IMG/VR virus record: IMGVR_UViG_3300002026_000004
Location: 36,237-100,236 of that record
Origin: a virus
Strand: one strand, 5' to 3'
DNA: 64,000 bases
Below the pieces are notes generated by a model, which had not been told where the DNA came from, did not search any database, and was given only the letters and a program-made list of their open reading frames with translations. The position numbers were made by a program, and so were the translations under genes. Shown one piece after another: positions 29,143-39,210 of this stretch (the first letter of the stretch is position 1; each line of letters starts with the position of its first letter).

Positions 29143-30539
29143 GTGTACGACCAGTAAAAGAAAGAAAGAATGAATCTTATATAGTTTCTGCTGAGTATCA
29201 GGTTCTAAATCTATGTATTAAAAGTCCACAGATTTTAGATTCTAATCCTGATATTAATGAGGATGCTTTTCCTCATAAGCAAGCTAGAGATATCTTTGTT
29301 TCATTGAAAGTATTGATAGACTTAAAAGAAGAAATTACTCCTCTTAGCTTATTTAGAGAAGCTAATAAAATTAATGATAACATTGAATTAGAAATTATCA
29401 ATAATATCGTTGCTTATCAAGTTTCTGACTCATCATTATTATCTGCATATTCTCTATTGAAGAAGGAGTCAGTAAAATATAGGTTAACTAAAAAGTTAGA
29501 TAAGCTTAATACTAAATTAACTTCTTTAGACTCATTAAATAATGATGAAGCTAGTGCTATTCTATGGGATGCTCAACAATTAATTTTGAACTCTGGGTCA
29601 AAAGTTGAATCAAAGACATTAGAGACTTGTTTAGATGATTATAAAGAAGATTTAAAGAAACGTAAAGAAGGAAATTATTATTCTTTTGGTGACCAATTTT
29701 TAGATGATAACTTAACTCGTAAAGCCGCTGGTGGTCAGATTATTCTAATTTCTGCCGCTACAGGAATGGGTAAATCTGGTTATGGCTTGAATTTAATTAA
29801 TGGCATGATTAACATGAATACACCTTCTATGTATTTTTCATTAGAGATGGATGAAATCTCTACTATGGATAGATTGCTTTCTTTACGAACACAAATTCCT
29901 ATTAAGGAATGGTATGTAAAAGAGAATATAGATTCATTATTAGTAAAGGTAGAAGAGGAACGAGTATCATTATCTAATAAACCATTTAGGTTAATTGATG
30001 ACCCTTCAATTACATTATCACGAATGTTATCACTAATTCGTGAGTTTAAGTCTTATTATAAAACAGACTATATTTGTGTTTATGTAGATTTGATTACCCA
30101 AGTAAAAGAGTTTATTGATATGGGAGTAGGTGGAGCTTCTTTAGCAACTACAATTGAGAAAGCGATAAATAAATTAAACGAAATTGCTAAGATTGAAAAT
30201 ATCTGCTTCGTTTGTATCGCCCAAATGAATAGGTCTATTGATAATATTAAGATTACAAAAGTTTCTGATGTAGAAAAATTGAAACCTATATTAGGGAGCA
30301 TAAAGAACTCAGGAGCATTAGCAGAGCGTTCTCGTGCTGTTCTATCTGTTTTTAGAAGGAAACCCTATGTTGAGAAGTATCTACCTGACGCACCTGAATT
30401 AGAGTATTTAGAGGATAAAATGGAAGTAACTATATTAAAGCAGAATCAGGGCGGTATTGGTATTGGTACATACTTATTTGATGGAACTACAATGACAGCA
30501 ATGCCTTATGTAGAAGAAAATAGTGAAATTAAATTCTAA
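29139..30539 (+). CDS. dnaB: Replicative DNA helicase
   Basis: AATGMGKS, FSLEM, AQMNR, SGALAE and LKQNQG. Confidence 0.9.
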   Translation: MSVRPVKERKNESYIVSAEYQVLNLCIKSPQILDSNPDINEDAFPHKQARDIFVSLKVLIDLKEEITPLSLFREANKINDNIELEIINNIVAYQVSDSSLLSAYSLLKKESVKYRLTKKLDKLNTKLTSLDSLNNDEASAILWDAQQLILNSGSKVESKTLETCLDDYKEDLKKRKEGNYYSFGDQFLDDNLTRKAAGGQIILISAATGMGKSGYGLNLINGMINMNTPSMYFSLEMDEISTMDRLLSLRTQIPIKEWYVKENIDSLLVKVEEERVSLSNKPFRLIDDPSITLSRMLSLIREFKSYYKTDYICVYVDLITQVKEFIDMGVGGASLATTIEKAINKLNEIAKIENICFVCIAQMNRSIDNIKITKVSDVEKLKPILGSIKNSGALAERSRAVLSVFRRKPYVEKYLPDAPELEYLEDKMEVTILKQNQGGIGIGTYLFDGTTMTAMPYVEENSEIKF

Positions 30540-30780
30540 GGAGAAAAAGAAATTGGAAGGTTACAAGCTTTACATGTATAAGTATTTAGATGAGTTTAAG
30601 ACAGAACGAGAACAATTACCAATTGAGATTATTCAGGATAAAAACTTTATTGTTCTTAGCTTAATATCTAAAGGACTTTTGGAAGCTCAAGATATAGCAT
30701 TAGTAGACGTTGTTGAATCAAAACAAGGATTCAAGGTATTAAATAGAAACAACCAAGTTCTTTTTTCTATAGAAAAGTAG
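30523..30780 (+). CDS. Hypothetical protein
   Basis: GTG start overlapping dnaB. Confidence 0.5.
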   Translation: MKLNSKEKKKLEGYKLYMYKYLDEFKTEREQLPIEIIQDKNFIVLSLISKGLLEAQDIALVDVVESKQGFKVLNRNNQVLFSIEK

Positions 30781-30793
30781 ATAAAACGTAGTA

Positions 30794-30829
30794 TCCCTAT
30801 GAATAACTAATTATGGTATATCATAGGGA
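30794..30829 (+). promoter_or_regulatory. SD-sequestering hairpin with the late promoter motif in its loop
   Basis: TCCCTATGA / TCATAGGGA arms; ACTAATTA at 30806. Confidence 0.65.
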
Positions 30830-30838
30830 GACTTTTTA

Positions 30839-31510
30839 ATGCAAGTTGCTAATACGCCGGGATTTAAAGCCTACTTCGTTGACTCTGAGTATTTTAGAGC
30901 TTATGAAGATTTGAAAGGCTATTCTATTAATTTTATTATTAATTCTGCTAAAGCTGGAAACCTAAAAGCTATTAATGCTATCTATTATATTCTATATCCT
31001 ACTTTATATAAGATATATACTAAGTATTATTTAGAATCTATCTTTGAAAAAGACTCACAAAAAGAAGGAAAGGATTATGAATTTCTTTCTAAAGCATATA
31101 TATTCTTATTTAATTCATCTCCTAAATCCTTTTTATATACATACGAACCTCCTTTAGGTAAATCTGAAAAAAGTTCTATCAAGGATATGTTATATGTATC
31201 AGCTATTTATCTAAAACATATGATAACAGGTAAATCAATATCCTCTTCAGACCTAGATGGTAAATCAATTTTAATGGATTCATTAAATTTACATTTATTT
31301 ACTACTGATGTAGGTATTCAACACGCCTTTATTGACTTCTTAGACTTTTTATCTCAAAATGACCAAAATGAAGAATATAACTTATTATTACTACGAGCAA
31401 AAGGATATCCTGATGAGTACATACTTCATCAGCTAAACTTAAACCCTAGTATATATTACAGATTATTAAAATCTGCAAAAGACAAGTTCAAAAGTTTTAT
31501 TGGAGTATAA
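30839..31510 (+). CDS. Sigma-like/HTH protein under a late promoter
   Basis: AKAGNLKAINAIY (ECF-like start); C-terminal HTH GYPDEYILHQLNLNPSIYYRLL. Confidence 0.5.
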   Translation: MQVANTPGFKAYFVDSEYFRAYEDLKGYSINFIINSAKAGNLKAINAIYYILYPTLYKIYTKYYLESIFEKDSQKEGKDYEFLSKAYIFLFNSSPKSFLYTYEPPLGKSEKSSIKDMLYVSAIYLKHMITGKSISSSDLDGKSILMDSLNLHLFTTDVGIQHAFIDFLDFLSQNDQNEEYNLLLLRAKGYPDEYILHQLNLNPSIYYRLLKSAKDKFKSFIGV

Positions 31511-31516
31511 TAATAA

Positions 31517-33985
31517 ATGAAAGTTTATCTACCTAAATCTAGTTCTCCTATCACTCCTAATAATGACAAAATTGACTATCATTTAGACTCTGATGGGCAT
31601 ATAAAAGGAACAATAAAAAATCCTAATATTGATATGTCAAAAATGGCTAGTAGAAAAAAGTTTACAACATCATTATCACGATTATTTGGATTCCAAAGAA
31701 AAATTACAAATAATGGTAAAGCTGAAATACAGTTTGTTAAAGTTGACCCTAACTCAGAAATGAGAGTAGCCCAATCTAAAGTCGGAAAAGTAATGAAGAC
31801 TAGGATGGGGGATAGATTAGAAGAATACTTTAACTTCTGGTTAAATGAGACTACTGATACTATTTCTTCTTTACAAGATAGATTTAAAAGAGTTGCTGAA
31901 TTAGAATTCGCTATTATGAATGACCCATTTTTAGGGATGGTAGTAGATTTAATGGCAGATGAGGCTACTCAAATTGACCAGCAAGGTCAGTTAATAATGG
32001 TTGACTGTGCTAATCCTAGAATGAAACAACGGATGGAAGAATTATTAACACAATGGTCAGTAACTCAAAATAGAGTTAGGTCATGTATTTGGAATTTAGC
32101 TGGTTATGGAGATTCCTTCTGGTCTGTTAAAGTTACTAAAAATGGTGTAATTAGAATTAATCCATTAGATGTTAGACAAGTATTAGATAGATTAGAATTT
32201 AATCCCGCTCGTGTTGCTTCTGATATGACTATGAAGCAGGGGTTTTTAACTGCGTTATCTCGTGATGAGCGTTTACAGATGCTAGTAGATTCTTTAGAAA
32301 ATCCTGCTAATGATGAGTTTGCTGATATATTTGATTCTAAATTATTTGGATTCGTTATTGCTAATGACTTCGTAGTTCCTCCTTGGAATATAACTCACTT
32401 TAGAACTCAAGCAGAACAATCAGATTTCTTCCCATTTGGTAAACCATTGTTATTAAAAGCCTTAGCTCCTTTTAGACAAGCTAACGCTACTATGACATTA
32501 CAATCACTAGCTCGTATTCTTTCTTTCCCTGTAACTGTTTACTCTGTTAAAACAACTGCTGGTATGGATGAAGCACAACAGTTTGAGAAGGTAAATGAAG
32601 CTAGAGAGGAATATGATAATATTGGTGTCTCTGGTTCAAATACAGAAACATATTCTGTTAATACTAAAATGTGGATTCCTGAAGGATTAATTGAATTAAA
32701 GGTTCATACACCTAATATTGACTTAAATGCAATTGGTGATTTAGAATTATATCAAGATAGAGTTGTTGTAGCCTCTGGTGTACCTAAAGGATATTTAGTT
32801 CCTGATTGGGGTGGTTTCGGAGTTTCAGCTATCTCTTTAACTGAACAATTTAAACCTTTTGCTAGAAAAATATTCACATTACAATCCGCCTTTATTGACG
32901 GTTTAACTAACCTTTTCCGCCTTCATTTCGCTATTACTGGCGAATTCGATTACTTTGAACCTTTCGTATTATCAATGAAATTTCCTAATTCAGAGAATTC
33001 CGCAGAGCGTGTTCAGGCTAAACAATCATCTTTAGATTTATCTAAAAATGTTATTGATACTGTTGCTGATGTTATTGGAAGTTTAAATGACCCATTACCT
33101 CCTGAAATAGTTCAAGACATTTTAACTAAGTTCTCTTTCTTGGACCCAGAAGATATTAAGAAATGGATTAAGGTTAGAGCAACAAAATCTCAAGGAGAAG
33201 GAATTCCTGATGAGTCAGGTGTTTCAGGTGGTGGTAGTGCTGGTGGTGCTGGCGGTATTGGCGTTTCACCTTCAGGAGAATTAGGTGGAGAATTAGGTGG
33301 TGGAGATGCGGGAGATGAAGAAGGTTCTCCTGATGCTTCTGAAATTGATGATTCCCAATTTGGTGGTAGTGATATTGATTTAGATGGTGGAGAAAATGTT
33401 CCTGAAGGAGAAGCTAATAACCCTGAGTTCTCTACAGAGGAAGTTCCCGAAGGCGGTGAAAATGTTCCAGAGCCTTCACTACCTTCACAAAAAGGTAATA
33501 AGAATGAATCATATTCTGATTTCGCTAAAAAGCGATTAACAGAAAAAAGAGTAATAGAATTAACTCGTAGATATGAAAAAGGGTCATCAGTTGTTTATGA
33601 AAATGTTATTAAAAGTTTTGCTAAGTTTGATGAAATAACTACAAACAATAGGCATTATAAATTTGCTAATATTGAAGATGTTTATAGTCCCACCTACAAA
33701 GTTCTTAAAGATTATTATAAGAATGGAGTAAGAAATAATCGTGAATTAAAAGAAACAGTACAAGACTTAATGAAATTAAATATTAAGTTTGAAAATGAAA
33801 AAAATGAGGAACTTGATATTCAAGAGGTTTCATTATCAGGAATGTTAAATAAGTTTATGGGTGACTATAAAGAAGTTCCTGTAGGTGAATATGGAAATGA
33901 GGGAACTTCAGAAAATGATGCAGACTCAGAGGAATTTATGACTCATCATAAGAAGTCAATAGGATTAAGAGAAGATGTTGAATGA
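31517..33985 (+). CDS. Portal protein (T4 gp20-like) with Gly/acidic C-terminal extension
   Basis: YGDSF, ITHFR, PFGKPLL and GVPKGYL. Confidence 0.85.
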   Translation: MKVYLPKSSSPITPNNDKIDYHLDSDGHIKGTIKNPNIDMSKMASRKKFTTSLSRLFGFQRKITNNGKAEIQFVKVDPNSEMRVAQSKVGKVMKTRMGDRLEEYFNFWLNETTDTISSLQDRFKRVAELEFAIMNDPFLGMVVDLMADEATQIDQQGQLIMVDCANPRMKQRMEELLTQWSVTQNRVRSCIWNLAGYGDSFWSVKVTKNGVIRINPLDVRQVLDRLEFNPARVASDMTMKQGFLTALSRDERLQMLVDSLENPANDEFADIFDSKLFGFVIANDFVVPPWNITHFRTQAEQSDFFPFGKPLLLKALAPFRQANATMTLQSLARILSFPVTVYSVKTTAGMDEAQQFEKVNEAREEYDNIGVSGSNTETYSVNTKMWIPEGLIELKVHTPNIDLNAIGDLELYQDRVVVASGVPKGYLVPDWGGFGVSAISLTEQFKPFARKIFTLQSAFIDGLTNLFRLHFAITGEFDYFEPFVLSMKFPNSENSAERVQAKQSSLDLSKNVIDTVADVIGSLNDPLPPEIVQDILTKFSFLDPEDIKKWIKVRATKSQGEGIPDESGVSGGGSAGGAGGIGVSPSGELGGELGGGDAGDEEGSPDASEIDDSQFGGSDIDLDGGENVPEGEANNPEFSTEEVPEGGENVPEPSLPSQKGNKNESYSDFAKKRLTEKRVIELTRRYEKGSSVVYENVIKSFAKFDEITTNNRHYKFANIEDVYSPTYKVLKDYYKNGVRNNRELKETVQDLMKLNIKFENEKNEELDIQEVSLSGMLNKFMGDYKEVPVGEYGNEGTSENDADSEEFMTHHKKSIGLREDVE

Positions 33986-34490
33986 GACTTTAGACTCTAA
34001 TATCCCTTATTCTATTCATAGAAGTGGTGGGATTATCTACGCTTATTTTAGAATTAAGGATAAGGATTATTTGTTTCCTTTCATTAGTCATAACTCTAAT
34101 CTTGTTAATTATGTTATTAGTAATCATGCGAATATTGATGCTATTGCTAATACTAGTGGGTTTGAAATATCCTTTGGTTTAGTTAAAACACCTATTAGAG
34201 ATATTGAGAATATTGATGTAAAACAACTAATAATGAGTGGAAATTTAACAGATATCACTACAGGGACAGGAGATGCTTTTTTAGTTTTTGGAACTGTAGT
34301 AAAAATAGCTATAGAGTTTATTACTAAGTTTAATCCTAATATCCTAATTATGGGAGCTAAACCTGAAAGGCAAGCTATTTATTCTACCTTTATTTCAAGA
34401 TTAGAAAAAAAGTTTCCTCAATATAAAGTTATTAAGAGTGCAGAGATATTTATAATCTATAAGGATGGAGCTATTACTCTTAATAGTTAA
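33975..34490 (+). CDS. Hypothetical protein with LNE leader
   Basis: MLNE; TGTGDAFLVFGTV...RQAIY, a recurrent phage motif of unknown function. Confidence 0.55.
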   Translation: MLNETLDSNIPYSIHRSGGIIYAYFRIKDKDYLFPFISHNSNLVNYVISNHANIDAIANTSGFEISFGLVKTPIRDIENIDVKQLIMSGNLTDITTGTGDAFLVFGTVVKIAIEFITKFNPNILIMGAKPERQAIYSTFISRLEKKFPQYKVIKSAEIFIIYKDGAITLNS

Positions 34491-34544
34491 ATATAACTAT
34501 ACTATATTCAAATAACTAATTATAAATAGACAGGAGTTAGAATA

Positions 34545-36155
34545 ATGATAAAACTTGTTGAGACATTTAGTGTGACTAAAAATACATCTCAAGAACTTCC
34601 TTTAACTGAAGGTACTATTACTGAAAAAGACACAGGGAAGCTTCTACAAACTAAAAAGAAATTTAGAGTTGACATTTCTCGGTTTACTAAAAACTTAAAT
34701 GAGAGAGTTTATCCAAAACCATTATGGGAAAAGGTTATTAATGACCAAAAACAAATTTGGGAAGGTTCTTTTGCACTAGCAGACCATCCTGAGAATGAAG
34801 GGTCATTTAAGGATGTTATGGGTGTTTGGTCAAACCTTCATATTAATGAAAAAACAGATACAGTTAAAGCTGATATTACATTCGTTGGACCTTATGGTGC
34901 TAAAGCATTAGAAATACTAGAAGCTGGTGGAAAAATTGGCTTTAGCTCATCAGGATTTGGTGATTTAAAAGAAGATGGAATGACTGTAGACGAAAATACT
35001 TATCAAATTGAAAGAATTGCAGACTGTGTATTAAATCCTTCTCAACAAGTATTTGGAACTATCCAAGATGCTATTGAAGAAAACACAGATAAAAAAACCG
35101 AAAATGTTCTAAAGGAGCAAAAACCTATGGCTACAAATAAGTACTCTAAATTAGAGGAAAGAAAGTTTAAAGAAATGATTACTAGTGATATAGCTTCTAT
35201 TCATTCTAGTTCTAAACCTCTTGAAGAAAAAATTAAAGACCTTACTGACTTATTAGGGTATTTTGATGAATCTTCTCCAAAAGATTTAAAAGAATCTGTT
35301 GAAGTTGAAATTGTCAATCTTAATAAAGAAGTATTTGAAGCAACAAAGGTTGTTTCAGAATTAAAAGAAACATTTGGTACAGCTTCCCCAACTGAGTTTA
35401 AGGAAGGACTATCTAAGTTAGCTATTAATTCTTCTTTATATGAAAGACAAGCTGAGGATTGGAAAAAGTTAGCAGAATCCTTACAGACCAAAATTGTTGA
35501 AATGACAAAAACAATTGAAGAGCTTCCTACTCAGGAGTCTTTTGATGAAGTTACTGCTCAGAATAAGAAATATAAAGAATTCTATTCTAAGAAAGTTAAT
35601 GATTTAAAAGGCATAATTAATAAAAAAGAATCAAACTTAGATGAAAATGCTATAATCTATAAGCAAATGATTAAAGAATTAAACTTATCAAAGAAAGATA
35701 ATGCTAAATTAAAATTAGAATTAACTTCTGTTAAGAAGGATATTAGTACTATTATTTCTGAGAATAAAACTTTAAAAGAGTATGCTAATACTATCAAAAC
35801 TAAATATGAAAACAAGATTGAAGAATTAACAGCATTACCTTTAGTAAAGCCAAGACAAACTCGTTCAGAGATGTTTGAAGGTTTTAATGAATCAAAAGAA
35901 ATTACTTCATATTACAATGATTTAGTAAAGCAATACGGTGATAAAATCACTCCATATAAAGAAAGAATCTTAGGATGTAAATCCTTATTTGAAGCTATGA
36001 GAATTCATACTACTGCTTTAGTTGAAATGTCAGAATCAGTTAGACCAGCTATTACTAATGATTATAATGAAAGAAAAGCTTTTACTGAAGCTTCAACAGG
36101 ATTTAAAATTGCTAGAGATACTACTAAACTAAAAATGCCAAAAGGTTGGGACTAA
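34545..36155 (+). CDS. Prohead protease (gp21-like) fused to a coiled-coil scaffold
   Basis: NLNERVYP, LADHP, IGFSSSGFG and ADCVLNPS, then about 350 aa of coiled coil. Confidence 0.85.
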   Translation: MIKLVETFSVTKNTSQELPLTEGTITEKDTGKLLQTKKKFRVDISRFTKNLNERVYPKPLWEKVINDQKQIWEGSFALADHPENEGSFKDVMGVWSNLHINEKTDTVKADITFVGPYGAKALEILEAGGKIGFSSSGFGDLKEDGMTVDENTYQIERIADCVLNPSQQVFGTIQDAIEENTDKKTENVLKEQKPMATNKYSKLEERKFKEMITSDIASIHSSSKPLEEKIKDLTDLLGYFDESSPKDLKESVEVEIVNLNKEVFEATKVVSELKETFGTASPTEFKEGLSKLAINSSLYERQAEDWKKLAESLQTKIVEMTKTIEELPTQESFDEVTAQNKKYKEFYSKKVNDLKGIINKKESNLDENAIIYKQMIKELNLSKKDNAKLKLELTSVKKDISTIISENKTLKEYANTIKTKYENKIEELTALPLVKPRQTRSEMFEGFNESKEITSYYNDLVKQYGDKITPYKERILGCKSLFEAMRIHTTALVEMSESVRPAITNDYNERKAFTEASTGFKIARDTTKLKMPKGWD

Positions 36156-36850
36156 TGAAACAATTTAAGAAACCACTTCATGAAGGTAAATTAATTCAAA
36201 GAATGATTCTAAATGAGATGGATTATTATGTTCCTGATATGCCTGACGAAACAATGTTAGGAGATGAGTTTGATTCAGACGAAGCTCTTGACCATGATTA
36301 TCCTTCTAACGAGTATGATGATTTAGCTTATGATAATCCTATTGATGATGAAATGGATTACGAAGATTATAATCCTAATATGGACCAGGGTTTTGAAGCT
36401 AGTATCGATATTGCTGATGATACTGAAGAAGAGTTTTATGATGAAATGTCTCCTGATTTCTTCCCTGAATCTAAGAAAAGGGTACGTGAAGGTCATGGAG
36501 ATACTGATAATGACCCGACTACTATGGGTAGCATGGGTGGTGGTGATGACCATGCTGGTGAAGCTCGTTGCCCTACTTGTAATAAAATGTTGTTAGGAAA
36601 ATTCCACCCAGGACAATCTGACCGTACATGGTATTGTCCAAATTGTAATAAGAAAAGTTACTCTGCTTGGCCCAATTGGGGAAAAAATTCATATACATCA
36701 CAGCCATATTATGTAATTGAAAAAGGCAGAGACTCTTATGATGTTTATACTAAAGGCCCTGGTGGAGATAAACAGGATTTTGTAAAATCTTTCAAAACTC
36801 AAATGACTGCTGAGTTTTGGATAGATAAGCAATACTCCCAGAGAACCTAA
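36155..36850 (+). CDS. Acidic Zn-ribbon head-associated protein
   Basis: D/E-rich N-half, CPTC...CPNC; LHE and LNE sites. Confidence 0.55.
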   Translation: MKQFKKPLHEGKLIQRMILNEMDYYVPDMPDETMLGDEFDSDEALDHDYPSNEYDDLAYDNPIDDEMDYEDYNPNMDQGFEASIDIADDTEEEFYDEMSPDFFPESKKRVREGHGDTDNDPTTMGSMGGGDDHAGEARCPTCNKMLLGKFHPGQSDRTWYCPNCNKKSYSAWPNWGKNSYTSQPYYVIEKGRDSYDVYTKGPGGDKQDFVKSFKTQMTAEFWIDKQYSQRT

Positions 36851-36869
36851 AAAGAAAAGGAAATAAACA

Positions 36870-37304
36870 ATGCCTATATCATTACCATTTGCGGGTGAAA
36901 AAGACCCAATAAAAAAAGTTCAATCTGCTTACTCAGCTATTAGTGAATCTGATATCGATGCTATTTTCGTTAATGAAAATAAGAAGAAAGATATTACTAG
37001 AGATTATGTAGAAATGATTATAGAAGACTTCGCATTATTAACACAGAACCAAGCTCTATATAATAAATTCCTACAGATTGATACTAAATTAGAAAAATCA
37101 TTAAGAGAATACCAAGCAGAAGTAAAAGGGTTATTAAACTCAATAGTTGGATTATCTGCACCTATGCAAAATACTGGTGTAGAACAAATGAATCAACCTG
37201 TTACTATGCCTCAGATGCCTCAAGCACAACCAATGGTAGCTACCCCTACTGAAGCTACTCCTCAACCTAAAGTGGAGACTCCTCAAAACATAGGAGTTGA
37301 ATAA
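36870..37304 (+). CDS. Hypothetical protein in the head cluster
   Basis: SD AAGGA; P/Q-rich tail. Confidence 0.6.
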   Translation: MPISLPFAGEKDPIKKVQSAYSAISESDIDAIFVNENKKKDITRDYVEMIIEDFALLTQNQALYNKFLQIDTKLEKSLREYQAEVKGLLNSIVGLSAPMQNTGVEQMNQPVTMPQMPQAQPMVATPTEATPQPKVETPQNIGVE

Positions 37305-37474
37305 TGAAAAAACTTAATGAATCAGAATTAACACAATTTCTATCTGGTGAAGTTAGAAAAGCTATTCAATTAAAAAGGGATGCAGAGAGAACAAAAAGTC
37401 GTGATGACGTTATGTATGCTAATGGATATTATGATGGTATTTACGGTGCGTTACAAAGGTCGATGAAAATATAA
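37304..37474 (+). CDS. 56-aa protein with MKKLNE leader (absent from the ORF track)
   Basis: SD AGGAG; start coupled to the upstream stop. Confidence 0.6.
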   Translation: MKKLNESELTQFLSGEVRKAIQLKRDAERTKSRDDVMYANGYYDGIYGALQRSMKI

Positions 37475-37494
37475 ACCTATTGATATCGATATAT

Positions 37495-37502
37495 ACTAAT
37501 TA
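37495..37502 (+). promoter_or_regulatory. Late promoter of the capsid gene
   Basis: ACTAATTA about 170 nt before ATG 37672. Confidence 0.7.
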
Positions 37503-37671
37503 ATATATAGAGATAGGAAAAGTTAATTAGAGAATCCATTAATATGGGAAACTCAGTATTCTTCGATTACATATAATCAGAATCTTAATGAATTAAAATA
37601 ATTCTAATACTTTAATGTAAGTAAAATCTAATTCCAAATCTATTAATAACACAAAACTATAAGGAAATATT

Positions 37672-39114
37672 ATGAGTATTAGAACTAAAATGTCAGAAGA
37701 TCGCTTTCAAATGCCTGAAGCTGACAAGTACGCAATGGACGAGCGGAAAGCTCGTGGTTATAAGTTAATTGAAAAATGGTCAAACGTTCCTGAAATTGGT
37801 TCAGGTTTACGTGCTATGGATGAAAGACGCGCTGTTAATTTAGCAATTTTACTAGAACAACAGACTCGCCATCTTTCCCGCATGTCAGAAACTCAGTATT
37901 CTTCAGCATTTGCCGCAACTCCTGAGAACATGATTCGTCTAGTTCGGTTAGCTTATCCTAACTCAATTAGAGACAAGTTATTTACAGACTTTGCTATGGA
38001 AACTGCTAAGGATTCTATTAAGTACATCAAACCTGTTTATGTAAATAAAGCTGGTATTACTCGTACTTACGGTTCAGACTTCTCTTCAGGTGCTGTTACT
38101 TATGAATCAACTGAAGAAAGATATCCTACTGAAATGGCTAACGGTGTTGTAATTGCATCAACTTCAGTAACATTCTCTGCTAATGAATTCGCTTTCGGTT
38201 ATATTCCTGGTTATGCAATCTTCGAGGATGCTTCTGGTAACGTAGTTGCTATGGAAAATAGAAACTTATCAATCTCAGTAGCTTCTGGATATACCATCAC
38301 TTTCAGCTATAACGCTGGTGTTTACACTCTTGGTGGTGCTGATGCAGGAGTTATCGCTCGTGCTTATGGTAGATACAATTCTGAAGGTGACTTAACTGGA
38401 ACTAGCTTAGGTGAAGTTGAATTAGTCATGACAGACTACCAGTTCAAGGTTCGTGAATTAACATTAGGCGTAAGCTGGACTGCTTTATCTGAAATCGTTT
38501 TAGATTCAACTGTCGGTGTTTCTACAGAGGAAACTCTAATGGATGCCGCTGGTCAGGAAATCAAGAAAGCCCTAGACTTCCGCGCTGTTAAGATTGGATA
38601 TGCCGCCGCAAAGACAAATGGTTTAACCCCCATTACCTTCGATGCAGAGGCTGGTGCTGGTACTGATGACAGCTACGTTCACACCGCTCAGACAATTACA
38701 CAAGCGATTGAAAGAGTTGGAGACGTTTTATACGATGACATCAATCGTGGTGGAGTTAGTAGAATCGTTGGTGGACCAAAAGCAGTTACCTATCTCCGCT
38801 TAAATGCTGGATTTACTACAAAAGGTGCTCAACCTCGTATTGGTGGTTACCAAGTCGGTGAACTTCATGGTATCCCTGTATTCAAGGTTCCTTCAGCAAT
38901 CGTTCCTGAGAATGAATTACTTTGCGTTTGGAAGAACGAGAATAACGATGCAGACGTTTTCGTAGCATTCGGTACTTTAGTTCCTTTCTGGTCAACTGGT
39001 TCATTACAGAGAAAGAATTTCTACAAAGAAGCTGGATTAGCAAGCTTTGGTGATTACCAAGTTCTTAATCCAAAATATGCTAACAGACTAATTATTAGCA
39101 ACATCCGTGGTTAA
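37672..39114 (+). CDS. Major capsid protein (T4 gp23-like)
   Basis: LIEKW, LAILLEQQ, IRLVRLAYP, RELTLGVSWT and EIKKALD; late promoter and terminator. Confidence 0.9.
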   Translation: MSIRTKMSEDRFQMPEADKYAMDERKARGYKLIEKWSNVPEIGSGLRAMDERRAVNLAILLEQQTRHLSRMSETQYSSAFAATPENMIRLVRLAYPNSIRDKLFTDFAMETAKDSIKYIKPVYVNKAGITRTYGSDFSSGAVTYESTEERYPTEMANGVVIASTSVTFSANEFAFGYIPGYAIFEDASGNVVAMENRNLSISVASGYTITFSYNAGVYTLGGADAGVIARAYGRYNSEGDLTGTSLGEVELVMTDYQFKVRELTLGVSWTALSEIVLDSTVGVSTEETLMDAAGQEIKKALDFRAVKIGYAAAKTNGLTPITFDAEAGAGTDDSYVHTAQTITQAIERVGDVLYDDINRGGVSRIVGGPKAVTYLRLNAGFTTKGAQPRIGGYQVGELHGIPVFKVPSAIVPENELLCVWKNENNDADVFVAFGTLVPFWSTGSLQRKNFYKEAGLASFGDYQVLNPKYANRLIISNIRG

Positions 39115-39133
39115 TAATTAAGGATTAGACTTC

Positions 39134-39165
39134 AAACCCTATCAATAAAATGATAGGGTTTTTTA
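39134..39165 (+). terminator. Intrinsic terminator of the capsid gene
   Basis: AAACCCTATCA-loop-TGATAGGGTTTTTT. Confidence 0.85.
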
Positions 39166-39194
39166 TTGACAAACTCTTGATTTTAGTATATACT
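39166..39194 (+). promoter_or_regulatory. Early sigma70-type promoter
   Basis: TTGACA-N17-TATACT. Confidence 0.8.
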
Positions 39195-39210
39195 TTATAT
39201 GAGGTATTTA

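Noticed and set aside
33200-33500. GC-richer, GGT-repetitive stretch in the portal gene
   Set aside because: Explained by a Gly/acidic low-complexity linker, not an insertion element.
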